Positions 45,905 through 57,431 of a stretch of DNA of 64,000 bases are shown here, piece by piece. Within the stretch, counting starts at the first letter, position 1. Each line of letters begins with the position of its first letter. A model generated the notes under the pieces. The model was not told the DNA's origin, did not search any database, and saw nothing but the letters and a program-made list of their open reading frames with translations. The position numbers were made by a program, and so were the translations under genes. Location of the stretch: assembly GCA_017499595.2 (NCBI GenBank), contig CM039006.1, positions 1,984,001 to 2,048,000 of the forward strand. The letters are read 5' to 3'. The DNA is from Psilocybe cubensis. Its lineage: Eukaryota.

Positions 45905-46754
45905 CGCGACTGTTGAAGAGGGAATTTATGTAGATTGTAAGTATGTGACAGTGGGGAATGTGATAGATAATGCAATGTACATCAATGAGAAGCTATTTTA
46001 TACCATGAAGTGTTTTCTGAAATGTGAGTCCCTTAGTCATTTCAGCAGGTGGTCATTGTCAAAGAATCTTCGTCAGTCGCACTGCATTGTGTTGTAACGT
46101 AAGACCGAGATGTTGCCGGCTCAATACGTTGTTCTTCCATGTCTCTTGCATTCCGGCCATATCGGTACATGAAACGTCGAAGAACAATGTAAAGTACGCG
46201 AACTGCAATCACAGATGTCCTAGCAGTAAGTTCAGGTAACCTGTTCAATATCACCAGCGTTATAATTAACTTTGAATCGCAAATCAATTATAGACCGGGA
46301 CCCGGAGGGCTAAAATGTATCACGTCGCGGGACGGCCAGTTCCTCTCGCATGTACATTATGAGTCCATCTCGTGCTTTATTAATCATGAACCGCTGCCAA
46401 TTCACGATGTAACAAAAGAGTATCTGTACGGTTTGTACCGACAAAATCCTTCGAAGATGATATTCATCTCAAGAGTTCATGGTGACCATATTGGATGGGT
46501 AAGTTTGTCCATCATCTTCACGAAGTTGAGATTGGATCGGGGAATGAGGAAAGGAGCGATGGTCGAATAAACCAATACTACAATTGAAATGACACCCCTT
46601 CTACGAGGTAATTTCGAGCAATCTCCATCCCGGAGTGGCAGGTCGATGGAGCCTACAGACTCCTACTTGGACAGGAAATCGCTAAATTAAAAAAGTGTGG
46701 TTTCAGAAAGTCGGTGCAGCACTCACAAAGAGCTTAAATTTTACTGATAACCGC

Positions 46755-47522
46755 CTACGCAGAAACTTTCGTCGTCGTCGAGGAGGAGGAGGAGGAGGAG
46801 GAGGAGGAAGGCGAGGACAAGAGGATATTTTCTCGCTTAGCACGCCTATACTGCAAATAAAACGCGATAGTCACAGCTCCAATGAGAAGCATCTCCAACG
46901 ACGAGGTAAGCGTCACCGCGAACGAGCCCCATCTATCCGATATCGTAGGCTGGAAATGATACACTATATTGCAATTGACAGTTTCGACGATTGTGCCATT
47001 ACTACCGACTGTAACATCGTACCCGCAGCTTGACCATCCAGTGAGATCACGCCGTAGGTTTATAGCCGCCACGACTGTGGATACCGTCCATAGGGCGCAG
47101 GAGACCCCGGAATAGGAAATGGCGTATACGGAGGCTGGGGTGAAGGGGAAGATGTACTCGGACTGGTGTCGCTCAAGCCAGTATCGCAGAAGCACGGCTC
47201 CATGGTGCGGCAAGGTGGCCAAGTACGCTATCACAGGGGGCGCAATGCCACCGGGAACATCGTTATATTGATAATAAATGGAATAATTGACGACGGCGAA
47301 TGTGAAAGCGAGTGTTGATACGAGGAGAGAGAGGTACACGACGTTTTTGAGGTATGAAGGTATTTGTTGGGGTTTTCTTGTTACTAGAGTGTCTGCGGAG
47401 CTAGTCCGAGATTCGACAGGTTCTAGAGGAATGATCATAGTGCAAACAGGAGGGGATATGCAATCAACTTGAGGCTGCGGAGGTGCCGTGAAGGTATATA
47501 ACGAACCCAGCGACCCTCCCAT
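46755..47522 (-). CDS. Hypothetical membrane protein (~4 TM), single exon, poly-Ser tail
   Basis: 255-aa ORF with hydrophobic segments; the poly-Ser tail is encoded by a (GGA)n tract at ~46780-46808. Confidence 0.7.
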   Translation of the reverse strand: MGGSLGSLYTFTAPPQPQVDCISPPVCTMIIPLEPVESRTSSADTLVTRKPQQIPSYLKNVVYLSLLVSTLAFTFAVVNYSIYYQYNDVPGGIAPPVIAYLATLPHHGAVLLRYWLERHQSEYIFPFTPASVYAISYSGVSCALWTVSTVVAAINLRRDLTGWSSCGYDVTVGSNGTIVETVNCNIVYHFQPTISDRWGSFAVTLTSSLEMLLIGAVTIAFYLQYRRAKRENILLSSPSSSSSSSSSSTTTKVSA

Positions 47523-48020
47523 TTTTCCGTAAGTTGCAAAGCCGAGCTTTGCGAACTCGGCCTCTTGATCATGGGTACAGATTTACAATGGTTGTCTTGA
47601 ATAAACTGCTCTCGATAAATTTAGAATCGCTGTTTAGTAGTCGAACCAACTGCGATCAAAAAACTGCGGTCGCCACCTGCCATTATATAAAGTCGACATC
47701 GAATTTCTTCCTCACTTATCCTACTGAGGCGCCACAAGCTAGTGCTGTCAGTGCATCCACAGAGGGAGATTCAAGAACAAAATCTTCGTTCAGCTTAAAC
47801 CACGCACTTAAATCAATGAACAGGAAAGTATGGAAGAGTAAAAGTTAGTTTAGTACCTTTATCAAGCCTTCCGTCGGGTGTAAGAATTTTGACCCGAAGT
47901 AAAAAAGAATCGCTATTTTTGATGTACGGAATGAACACCTCCGCATCGCAATCATCAGCAAACGGGTACCTACCAATTTGAAAGGTTCTGCAAAAGAGAG
48001 GATACTAACAAGGAAGATAA

Positions 48021-48488
48021 TTAGGCACTACGCCTAAACGGAACTTTTGCACGGAGAAAGGCGTTGGTGACAAGAGATGATTTGCCTCGACGTTGAGGGA
48101 CTTGAAGTTTGCGACGTTGCACAAAACAAACTACTGTGATAGCCAGGCCTAAAATTAGCTCCAACGAAGAAGTGATCGTATATGCCAACGAATCTCCGTA
48201 GCTTCGTGCACGCGTGAATGGTATGTAAGTATAGGTATGGCAGTCTAACCCAGATATCTTATTATTATCCTGGGATGCACGACGTTGCCAATCCATCTTT
48301 GGAGTTGAAATGCACATTTCTTGCGCACAGTGACGCAATTGCAGCAGCCCACAGACCGAAGCAGATGGACGTGAACGCAATTCCCTATCGCATGCTGGAA
48401 AACGAACCGAAATCGACTAAATGAGGTAAAACTTTCCAGGAGGATCCAGAGTGATGTAGATTGAAATATCGTTAGGAGTGAGAGAAGG
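48021..48488 (-). pseudogene. Degenerate tandem paralog of the 46755-47522 gene, interrupted by the foldback element
   Basis: SLAYTITSSLELILGLAITVVCFVQRRK aligns with SFAVTLTSSLEMLLIGAVTIAFYLQYRR; frameshifts and stops occur upstream. Confidence 0.55.
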
Positions 48489-49892
48489 ACTGAACGCCGT
48501 TCGCCCACCCGATTTTCCAGATCACGTGGGTGTTTAGCTCGCGGCAGATGGTGGCTGGTTCAACATCCTCTTGGCATCCACCAAGACACCTTGTCAGGTT
48601 TACTTATGTCTCTGAGATGGACATGTAGTTACTGTAAAGCGCCATATACTCACGGCACTTAGAACGCGATTGTTACCAACCTCTTGTTGGAGAACGGAAG
48701 TGATCAGTTGAAATAGTCTTTAAGTTCTTCTTAATGATTGCACAAGATTTCCTTTTAAACACTCTACAATATGAATAGTATGACTATATTCTGTCCTTAA
48801 TTGGGGAGCTTGCTCCCCTTTGTACTGGTGGGGACCCAAAATGCTTAAGCACACGTGATCCACCAGTGTTTTGATCGTCACCCCGTGCGAAAATGGCATC
48901 CCGTGCGAACCTAGCAGGGAGTAGTCTCGGCCTCCCATCTTCTTTCGGATCGGTTACCCAATATGGGTAACCCATCGTAAGAGTCTGGGTCACAACCAAC
49001 GGTCGCAACATACCATTGCGTTCGTGGTTTTCTCGCATTTCCTTGGCATATCTGCTGGCCAAAAACATTGCCCCTACCACTATTTTATAAACATGTACAG
49101 GATCCATACTACTTTACTCTTTACTTAGAATCATAATAAATATAACTGTAAGTATTGTGAGCAATGTTTGGATCAACCATTTTCACTTTCGAAACGGAAA
49201 GCATTTTTTATGAGAATGCCTGTGTGCATAATATAGGACATTAGGAGAAACAATAGCAATGACATTACATGGTTGACCATTCCTTGAATTTCTAAGGCAA
49301 AGATCACCTTTGATTTGACAGCACAGTTGTTGAAAAGGTGCCAAGGAAATGCGAGAAAACCACGAACGCAATGGTATGTTGCGACCGTTGGTTATATCCC
49401 AGACTCTTACGGTGGGTTACCCATATTGGGTAACCGATCCGAAAGAGGATGGGAGGCCGAGACTAAGCAGGGAGACCTGCCGACATTTGTGATGCGGCAA
49501 GATTCTACTAGAGCATGCCAGGTACTGGCATAGCAAATTAATCGTTCTTTCATTTATAGTGCTAATGCAACTGAGTGTGTCAATAGTATAATGTTTGAAT
49601 TACCTAGAAACGATGCCAATTTGAACAATCGTGTCCAAGTCCACTTCGATTCACGCGGTCAACCACAACACATGTTTAGGGATGTTTGATGATGACTCCG
49701 TTTGGTTAGAATCGCGTTCTAAGTGCCGTGAGTATATGGCGCTTTACAGTAACTACATGTCCATCTCAGAGACATAAGTAAACCTGACGAGGTGTCTTGG
49801 TGGATGCCAAGAGGATGTTGAACCAGCCACCATCTGCCGCGAGCTAAACACCCACGTGATCTGGAAAATCGGGTGGGCGAACGGCGTTCAGT
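48489..49892. mobile_element. Non-autonomous foldback DNA transposon (MULE-like) with 183-bp TIRs and 9-bp TSD
   Basis: TIRs 48489-48671 / 49710-49892 are near-identical (one mismatch seen); TSD GAGAGAAGG at 48480-48488 and 49893-49901; internal inverted repeat 48922-49048 / 49339-49465; no transposase. Confidence 0.9.
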
Positions 49893-50006
49893 GAGAGAAG
49901 GCGTGCCACTAAACCTGGAGTTCATGTTTGTTGACTGTATTATTCATGCCTAGGCAACAAGATATGAGCATGAATATTTGACTGCATCTAGAAGTGTTTA
50001 TGGCGT

Positions 50007-50292
50007 TGTAGGGATTTGGATACGCGTGCGCGCGACGCGACTCACAACAAACACGTCACATGACGCTTGCGGACACACTCACTTGGCATCGTCGACGCCA
50101 TATGGCCACAGCATAGACGCGTAGTCAGTAGTTAGCACCTTACCGGAGACGTCGTTACACACCGAAGGACGTATCGAATCATATTTCCTATTTTTTTCCC
50201 ATCTCTTTCCGTGCTAAACACATAAATATCTACAAAACTCTGTCCGTACTCAGGCTACTTTGTCCTCTCTCGAACTCGCCCCCTTCCCTACA
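50007..50292 (+). repeat. 5' LTR
   Basis: Identical by eye to 57807-58092. Confidence 0.97.
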
Positions 50293-50474
50293 TCTGGAGC
50301 CCACCGCGAGGGGACAAAACCAGTAAAACCGGTTTTGCCCGCCCCCTTGTCCGTTAAACCCCGTGTCACTGAGGAACTGTCAATATTGCCTCAAACAGCG
50401 GAAGTTCGACATCCCAACCGGTTCGAGGCTCCTTTCTCAAGAAGGGCTCGGGAATTCGATCTTCTTCTGGGAAA

Positions 50475-53400
50475 GTGATACCCAAGTTAGCTCCAAGGAA
50501 AGGGAAGAAAAAGGACGACGAATCTGAGTACAAACCATCGTCGAAAGCCAGCAGTTCTAACTCGTTATTACCCACCTCGGAAGCACCTCGAAATCGCCGC
50601 AACATTGCACCTGTCAGTTATAGGGAGCGATCTGCGTCTGTTAGTCCACAGGACGCTAACGAGCTCACTGTCAACGCACCAAATACTGACCCTATCACAC
50701 CTACGCCAACCCAATTTTCGTTTCGACACGCACCACCACCGTTATTCAATCGGTTCTCATTTCCACAAGGTACATTCCCAGGAGCGTGGTCTGTTGCAAC
50801 ACCACCAAGTGTACCACGACTAGCGTCGATTGAAGAGCCGGTTGACGAACCTCGTGAAGACGAATTTGATAGCGCCAAAGAGTGGCAAACATCGGACGGC
50901 GATTTCTTACCAGAACTCGATTTCAACGAGGAATCAGATCCACCACCAAGATCTATCAGATCTGAGTCGCCGGAGGCAAGGTCAGAATCAGGAGAAGAAG
51001 ACAAAGAAGACGTTAACAAGGAACAGCAAGTAGGAGAAGAAACGAAGCAAGACGAAGAAGATCAGCAACAGCAAGACGAGTTCAAAGCAACCGACGTACC
51101 AGCTCCAGCTAAACAAGACAGCCAGACATCCAACAAAGAAGAACCAAAGTCGTTACAAGTCCCTATACCCGAATCCCAATCAGGAGAATTGAAGAAAGAA
51201 GAATCGAAAGAAGAGAAGGACGCACCAAAGACAAATAACAACATGGTTCAACCAGGAGGATCGACGACAACCTTTTTGAAGGAGATGCCAGCGCCGGGCT
51301 CGAGTAAAGCACCTAGCTGGTCAGGAGATGTAGATGAGCTGGAGGACTTTCTGGGGAAGTTCGAAAGGTTAGCAAAGACGGCGGGGTTAAATGACGAGAT
51401 GATGGCAGAGGCAGTGGTGGACTATTTGAGGAAAGAGTCAGATGTGAAGTTCTGGAAAACTTTCAAGGGTTACCGATTGGACCGACCACGGAGCTTCAAG
51501 GCAATGAAGGAGAAGTTAAAGGAGGAATATCCGTGGATGACAAAGGGTGGGAGTTACACGGTGGACGACTTGACGAGAGTGATTGCCAAAGCGACAAAGG
51601 GCAGTGGCATCAGGACCAGTGTCGAGCTCACCGAGTACAATAAAAACTTTGAACCAATTGGTCTCTGGCTAGTCAAACAAGGCGAGATCACTGAAGACGA
51701 ATTGAACGAGTACTTCTGGATGGGCTTACCGCCTCGCCTTCAAGACCGGGTGGAAGTGCAGATGGGGGGGAAGAAAATAGGGTTGACGGGAAGGATGGCA
51801 GCTCCAGCGGTGGAGGATGTGTTGAAAACGGCGAGGCTGTTATTAGACGAGGATGTAGGGAAAGGGAAGAGAGCTGAGCGAGAGGAGAAGTTGAGGAGGG
51901 CACAGAAGAAGCTGAAGAAGAAGGAAAAGCGGCGGAAGAAGAAACATGAGAGCAGCTCATCGGATTCATCATTGGATTCAGAAACCGAGTCAGAAACCGA
52001 GTCTGTGTCATCGGACACATCAGAATCATACACTGAATCGTCAGATAGTGAGGACGAGAGGAGGAAGAGGAGGAGAAAGGAGAAGCGACGGGATGCAAAG
52101 GAGAAGAAGAAGAAAAAGAGAGAAAAAGAGAGGGAGAGGGAGAGGGAGAAGGATAGAGAGCTGGCGGAGTTGAGGGCAAGATCAGAGAGGCGGAAGGAAG
52201 AGGAGATTGCAAAGGTGAAAGAGGAGGAGGATGTGGTGCGAACTCGACGAGTCTCATTTGGCGAACCAAAGAAGAAGACTCGAGAAGAGGATATTGGTGA
52301 CTTGACACGCAAGCTAGCAGGATTGAAAGTTGGCGACGCAAATTATGCTGCAACCTACGGTCAACTCTGTGCTATGGACCCAAACGCGCATATCTGGATA
52401 CCAACACTACTGGCAACAACTCAGCAGGCGGCAGCAACAAACATGGCAGTACACGCACCCTATCAGCCACAATTTGCACCAACGTATCAAACTCAGGCTT
52501 ATCATACGCAGGCACAAACATTCGCCGCTCCGCAAATGCAAATCCCACCACCAATACAATACGCCCAGGCGGGTATGTCAGGCCCAAGTTCAAACAGCTG
52601 CTATTTCTGCAAAAAAGGACAACATCGCATACGTGACTGTGTAGCCGCAGCCGAATACGTTAAAGTTGGCCGCATCATGTGGTTTGGAACTCCAGCTCGA
52701 TTGACATATGCAAACGGAGAGCCTATCCGTTTTGAATATGGGCAGAGTTTGAAGGACGCTGTTGATAAGCGGTTCGGGTCAGCAGTTCCAACCCCAGGTC
52801 AAGAAGGGTGGCAGAGGGATCAACCACCACATGTCAATGTTGCAACAAGCGGTTATTATACGCAGACTACCAGAAACGCTAAGACATACACCACAGGGCG
52901 CAATGGAGAACAAGTGAAAGTGGAAGCAAGTAGCGGGCGGAAGAAAACAGTGGAGGAAGTGCGAAACGAGTGGAAGGAGATCCCATGGGAGAACGGGTAC
53001 GAAAGCGAGGGCAAAGTGGAGTGGATGGCATGGCAAGAGGTGGCCACAGCGGAGGCATTGCTGCAGACACGAAGCGGGAAGAAGACGGGTGATGATGATG
53101 AGGAGAGCGGGAGGAAGGAGCAGGAAAAGAGGATAGAGAGAGAGATGAAGGAGAGAAAAGGAAAGGCAAGGGCGGAGGAGGGAGAAGGACACCACACTGA
53201 CATCAAACACATCCGTTTCGATCCCAATGCCATTCAGCGAGGAGGACACGAGAAAGCATACACATACGAGTCCAGCATATCTGATCCAAAAGCGGCTTTG
53301 AAGATGGCAGAGAAAATCTTCAAAACTATTATACCTGAGGTTACGGTCGGCGATATTTACGCACTCAGCGGGGACGTACGAAAAACAATGGTTGAGAAAC

Positions 53401-56400
53401 TCAAGGTTGTGCGAGTACCTAACGAGGCATTCCCCAAAACCTCACTATTGGATACAGAAAAGAAGTCAGCAACGACAGCAACAACAGGAGCGGCTACCTT
53501 CAAGATGCCAACACTCGAATACTGTACACCACTTCGGGAAATTGATGTCGTTGTATGCGGGACGGTTGCATCGGTCGGGTTGTTAGATGAAGGGTCAGAG
53601 ATTGTGGTGATAAGGAAAGACTTGTGGGAGAGAACAGGGCACAGCGTCAACAAAGAGCAACAAATGACAATGGAAACAGCGACCGGCGAAAAGGAGGAGA
53701 TGGGAGGATGTGCCGAGTTTATGGAGATTGAGGTCGGAGGCATTGCATCAATGGTACACGCTTTCATCGCACCTCTCGATGCCCCATTCGAGTTGCTGTT
53801 GGGACGACCGTGGCAAAAGTACGTGAGGCTAGGGAAGGTTGAGCATAACGATGGGCGGGTAGATGTGATTGTGCACGATCCTAAAGACCAACGTCAAGCA
53901 AAGGTTATACCAACAAGAGAGCGAGCGAGGAAGGTTGTGAAGAAGGTGTTGATGTACAGGGAGGCAAGAGCAGAGCAACCAAGAGAGGAGGTGGTGGAAT
54001 TGAGTGTGGAGGAGGTGGTAATGATGGCGCACAGTCAAGCTCGTACAAAACTCGCAAATGAGCTTCTAGGATCAACATTCACCTATGATCAAGTTCAGCA
54101 CACATTGTTGTATAAGCCAGCAGCAAAGAAAACTCACCCGGTTGCAACAACAATGCCAGAATATGCGAATGTTCAACGTCGCTTTCCAGAGGACCCGCTG
54201 TTGACGTTACCGACAATACCAATGACGCCAGGGCCATTTAAGCCAGGAGAAAGGTTGACAGAAGAGAGGTGGAAGATGCTTGGAGTGGAGGAGAATGATT
54301 TTTTGTGGGAGGAAGAGAAGAAAGTGGTGGCGGCGGTGTTACGAGCAAACGAGAAAGGTTTGGCATGGGTGGAAGCTGAGAAAGGAAGATTTCGAAGTGA
54401 CTACTTCTCGGATGTCGTCATACCGGTCGTCGAACATGAACCTTGGGTAAAGCGCTCGTTTCCAGTTCCACCAGCATTGCGAGAGCGGTTCAACAAGCTC
54501 ATCGACGAAAAGTTAAAAGCTGGTGTCATAGAACCTACGACAAGTGCATATCGGCATGCAACAATCACGTTCGAGAAGAAAGGATCAAAAGACTTACGCA
54601 TTGTGCACAACCTTGTCCCGCTTAATGAAGTCACTATCAAAGACTCTGCGCAACCACCATTGATTGATTTGTATGCTGAGCAATGCGCCGGCCGCTCGAT
54701 CTATACAACAATTGACCTTTTCGTGGGTTACGATCACCACACGCTGGACAAACGGTCGAGAGAGTTAACAGCCTTTGAAACACCAACGGGAACATACCAG
54801 CTTACTGTGTTGCCTCAAGGTTGGACAAACTCGCTGCAAATCTTCCATCGTGATGTAGCATTCATCCTACAACACGAAACAGAAGTTGCACCGAATTTTT
54901 CCGATGACATAGCGGTCCTGGGTCCAATGACGAGGTATGAGTTGGCGGGCGGAGGTTATGAGGTGATGGAGGAGAATCCGGGAGTGAGGAGGTTTGTGTG
55001 GGAGCACCTGATGGACGTGAATCGAGTTCTTCACAGACTAGCACACGCTGGCGCCACAGCATCTGCGAAGAAACTGATTTTGTGTCAGCCGGAAGCAAAG
55101 ATAGTGGGACAGATATCGACATACGAAGGGCGTAAACCGGATAAGTCGAGCGTGATAAAAATTGAGAACTGGCCACCATGCGAAAACGCGACCGACGTGC
55201 GAAGCTTTCTAGGAGTGGCGGGTGTGGTGAGGAAGTGGGTGAAGGACTTTGCGGCGATTGCAATCCCATTGGTCAACCTAACGAAGAAGCAAGTTCAGTT
55301 TAAATGGGACAAGGAACATCAAAACGCAATGAATTCACTGAAGACTGCGGTCACGACATGCCCAGCAATCCGCCCCATCGATTACAAGAGTGGCTTTACG
55401 GTCATTCTTCAAGTTGACTCCTCAAACATTGCAGTTGGTTTCATTCTCATGCAGTTGGATGCAAACGGCGCACGTATAATTGCACGGTTCGGTTCTATAC
55501 CATGGAACCCACGAGAAGCTCGCTACTCGCAGGCAAAGCTGGAATTATACGGCCTGTTTCGAGCAATTCATTCAGTCAAAATTTGGATTGTTGGGGTGCA
55601 AAATCTTACCATCGAAGTGGACGCAAAATATATCAAGGGTATGATCAATAACCCTGATACGCATCCAAACGCAGCTATGAACCGATGGATTGCTGCCATT
55701 CTGATGTTCGATTTCAAGCTGGTCCACGTCCCTGGGAAGAACTTCAAGGGTCCAGATGGGTTGTCACGGAGGCGGAAGGTTGAAGGCGAGGAGGACGAGA
55801 CAGAGGAGGATGCAGAACAGTGGGTGGAGGAGTTGTATCAATGTGGGGTGTGGATAGTGGCAGGAATGGGATGGAAGAAGGGAGATCAATGGCCGAGGAT
55901 AGGAAAGCGAGGTTTAAAAGGGAAGAACAAGAGAAGCGAGGGGAAGGGTGCAGTAGGAATGGATGTGAAGGTGAAGGAACCAGGGGTTAAAATTAGCGAG
56001 GGAGCGAAAGAGGGAGAAGTGATGAGTGTGGAGGAGGCAGTGGTAGCAGCATTCAAGAGAAAGATGGCGGAAGCGACAGAAAAGGGAGGGTTACCAGACA
56101 CAGAGGAAGTCAGACAACTCGACGACGAGCTCATGCAAATCAAGACTTACCTGGAGACACTGAAACCACCACCAAATCTCGATAGGGTTGCACTGAAGAG
56201 ATTTGTGAAGAAGGCCAGTCGGTTCTTTGTCCAGGCGAACAGATTATGGCGTCGAGATAGCGGCATACGTCACAAGCTCGTGCTATTTGGAGAAGACCGG
56301 CTTGAGGTTCTAGTCGAAGGACATGACATGTTAGGTCATCGAGGGTACTTTGCGACTCGCCATAACGTTGCCGATCGCTACTGGTGGCCAAAAATTGATA

Positions 56401-57431
56401 AGGATATTCGATGGTTCATCGACACCTGTCACCAATGTCAATTGATGTCGCTCGAGAAAGTTGTAATCCCACCTACCGTAATGATACCCGAAAGGCTGTT
56501 CTGCAGATGCCATATCGACACAATGCACATGCCACCCTCAAACGGGTACAAATATATTGTCCAAGCAAGATGTGGGATGTCGACATGGCCAGAATGGGAT
56601 AAGTTGAAGACGGAGACGGCGGCGGTGATAGGCAATTTCATTCTAATGAAGTTGATGTTGAGGTGGGGAGTAGTATTTGAGATGATAACGGATAACGGAC
56701 CTCCATTCGTGGCGGCACTAGAATGGCTGGCCGAGCGATACAACGTGAGCCATATTCGAATTTCTGGCTATAATTCGAGAGCGAACGGTGTCGTCGAAAC
56801 AACGCACACCCCAATTCGTACAGCGCTGATCAAGTCGGGTGACGGGTCCTTGAAAAAGTGGGACGAGAGGGTAGCATTCATGTACTGGGCTGAGCGAATT
56901 ACAATCAGGAAATCAATCGGGTACTCACCATTCTATGTTGTGCACGGAATCGAGCCGCTCCTACCATTTGACCTCACTCACGCAACATTCCTACTCCCGG
57001 ACATCGACCGTTCGCTTTCAACCGCTGAACTCCTCGGTATGCGCGCAAGACAACTTGAGCGACGCGACGACGACCTAGCCCTGGTCCACGAACGTGTTCT
57101 AAAGCGAAGATATCAGTCCATTGCCGAATTTGAAGAGAAAAACAAACATAAGATCATTGATTATAATTTTCAACCCGGAGAACTAGTGCTCGTCTTGAAC
57201 AAGAAGGTCGAGGCTGAAGTGGGAAGGAAGGGCAAGCCGAGATACATGGGACCACTTGTCGTCGTACGCCGCTCCGAAGGAGGTTCATACCGTCTGGCAG
57301 AACTCGATGGAGCTGAATCAAAGCTGAAATACGCAGCATTTCGTTTAATTCCCTATTATCCGCGGAATCGACAGGTCATCGAGGTCACGGAGGTCCTAAA
57401 CAGCGAGGAGTTCGACGGCGACGAGGAATAG
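50475..57431 (+). CDS. Gag-Pol polyprotein (Gag, CCHC knuckle, protease, RT, RNase H, integrase); first ATG at 51243
   Basis: CYFCKKGQHRIRDC, LLDEGSEI, LPQGW...FSDD, LQVDSS, HDMLGH...CHQC, HIDTM, ITDNGPPF and NGVVE, in the order PR-RT-RH-IN. Confidence 0.95.
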   Translation: MIPKLAPRKGKKKDDESEYKPSSKASSSNSLLPTSEAPRNRRNIAPVSYRERSASVSPQDANELTVNAPNTDPITPTPTQFSFRHAPPPLFNRFSFPQGTFPGAWSVATPPSVPRLASIEEPVDEPREDEFDSAKEWQTSDGDFLPELDFNEESDPPPRSIRSESPEARSESGEEDKEDVNKEQQVGEETKQDEEDQQQQDEFKATDVPAPAKQDSQTSNKEEPKSLQVPIPESQSGELKKEESKEEKDAPKTNNNMVQPGGSTTTFLKEMPAPGSSKAPSWSGDVDELEDFLGKFERLAKTAGLNDEMMAEAVVDYLRKESDVKFWKTFKGYRLDRPRSFKAMKEKLKEEYPWMTKGGSYTVDDLTRVIAKATKGSGIRTSVELTEYNKNFEPIGLWLVKQGEITEDELNEYFWMGLPPRLQDRVEVQMGGKKIGLTGRMAAPAVEDVLKTARLLLDEDVGKGKRAEREEKLRRAQKKLKKKEKRRKKKHESSSSDSSLDSETESETESVSSDTSESYTESSDSEDERRKRRRKEKRRDAKEKKKKKREKEREREREKDRELAELRARSERRKEEEIAKVKEEEDVVRTRRVSFGEPKKKTREEDIGDLTRKLAGLKVGDANYAATYGQLCAMDPNAHIWIPTLLATTQQAAATNMAVHAPYQPQFAPTYQTQAYHTQAQTFAAPQMQIPPPIQYAQAGMSGPSSNSCYFCKKGQHRIRDCVAAAEYVKVGRIMWFGTPARLTYANGEPIRFEYGQSLKDAVDKRFGSAVPTPGQEGWQRDQPPHVNVATSGYYTQTTRNAKTYTTGRNGEQVKVEASSGRKKTVEEVRNEWKEIPWENGYESEGKVEWMAWQEVATAEALLQTRSGKKTGDDDEESGRKEQEKRIEREMKERKGKARAEEGEGHHTDIKHIRFDPNAIQRGGHEKAYTYESSISDPKAALKMAEKIFKTIIPEVTVGDIYALSGDVRKTMVEKLKVVRVPNEAFPKTSLLDTEKKSATTATTGAATFKMPTLEYCTPLREIDVVVCGTVASVGLLDEGSEIVVIRKDLWERTGHSVNKEQQMTMETATGEKEEMGGCAEFMEIEVGGIASMVHAFIAPLDAPFELLLGRPWQKYVRLGKVEHNDGRVDVIVHDPKDQRQAKVIPTRERARKVVKKVLMYREARAEQPREEVVELSVEEVVMMAHSQARTKLANELLGSTFTYDQVQHTLLYKPAAKKTHPVATTMPEYANVQRRFPEDPLLTLPTIPMTPGPFKPGERLTEERWKMLGVEENDFLWEEEKKVVAAVLRANEKGLAWVEAEKGRFRSDYFSDVVIPVVEHEPWVKRSFPVPPALRERFNKLIDEKLKAGVIEPTTSAYRHATITFEKKGSKDLRIVHNLVPLNEVTIKDSAQPPLIDLYAEQCAGRSIYTTIDLFVGYDHHTLDKRSRELTAFETPTGTYQLTVLPQGWTNSLQIFHRDVAFILQHETEVAPNFSDDIAVLGPMTRYELAGGGYEVMEENPGVRRFVWEHLMDVNRVLHRLAHAGATASAKKLILCQPEAKIVGQISTYEGRKPDKSSVIKIENWPPCENATDVRSFLGVAGVVRKWVKDFAAIAIPLVNLTKKQVQFKWDKEHQNAMNSLKTAVTTCPAIRPIDYKSGFTVILQVDSSNIAVGFILMQLDANGARIIARFGSIPWNPREARYSQAKLELYGLFRAIHSVKIWIVGVQNLTIEVDAKYIKGMINNPDTHPNAAMNRWIAAILMFDFKLVHVPGKNFKGPDGLSRRRKVEGEEDETEEDAEQWVEELYQCGVWIVAGMGWKKGDQWPRIGKRGLKGKNKRSEGKGAVGMDVKVKEPGVKISEGAKEGEVMSVEEAVVAAFKRKMAEATEKGGLPDTEEVRQLDDELMQIKTYLETLKPPPNLDRVALKRFVKKASRFFVQANRLWRRDSGIRHKLVLFGEDRLEVLVEGHDMLGHRGYFATRHNVADRYWWPKIDKDIRWFIDTCHQCQLMSLEKVVIPPTVMIPERLFCRCHIDTMHMPPSNGYKYIVQARCGMSTWPEWDKLKTETAAVIGNFILMKLMLRWGVVFEMITDNGPPFVAALEWLAERYNVSHIRISGYNSRANGVVETTHTPIRTALIKSGDGSLKKWDERVAFMYWAERITIRKSIGYSPFYVVHGIEPLLPFDLTHATFLLPDIDRSLSTAELLGMRARQLERRDDDLALVHERVLKRRYQSIAEFEEKNKHKIIDYNFQPGELVLVLNKKVEAEVGRKGKPRYMGPLVVVRRSEGGSYRLAELDGAESKLKYAAFRLIPYYPRNRQVIEVTEVLNSEEFDGDEE

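Noticed and set aside
48477-48488. 12-bp TSD alternative (AGTGAGAGAAGG) for the foldback element
   Set aside because: The extra AGT on the right belongs to the TIR (complement of ACT), so symmetric ends give a 9-bp TSD.
51688-53249. Antisense ORFs within the Gypsy element
   Set aside because: Low-complexity shadows of the purine-rich gag sequence.
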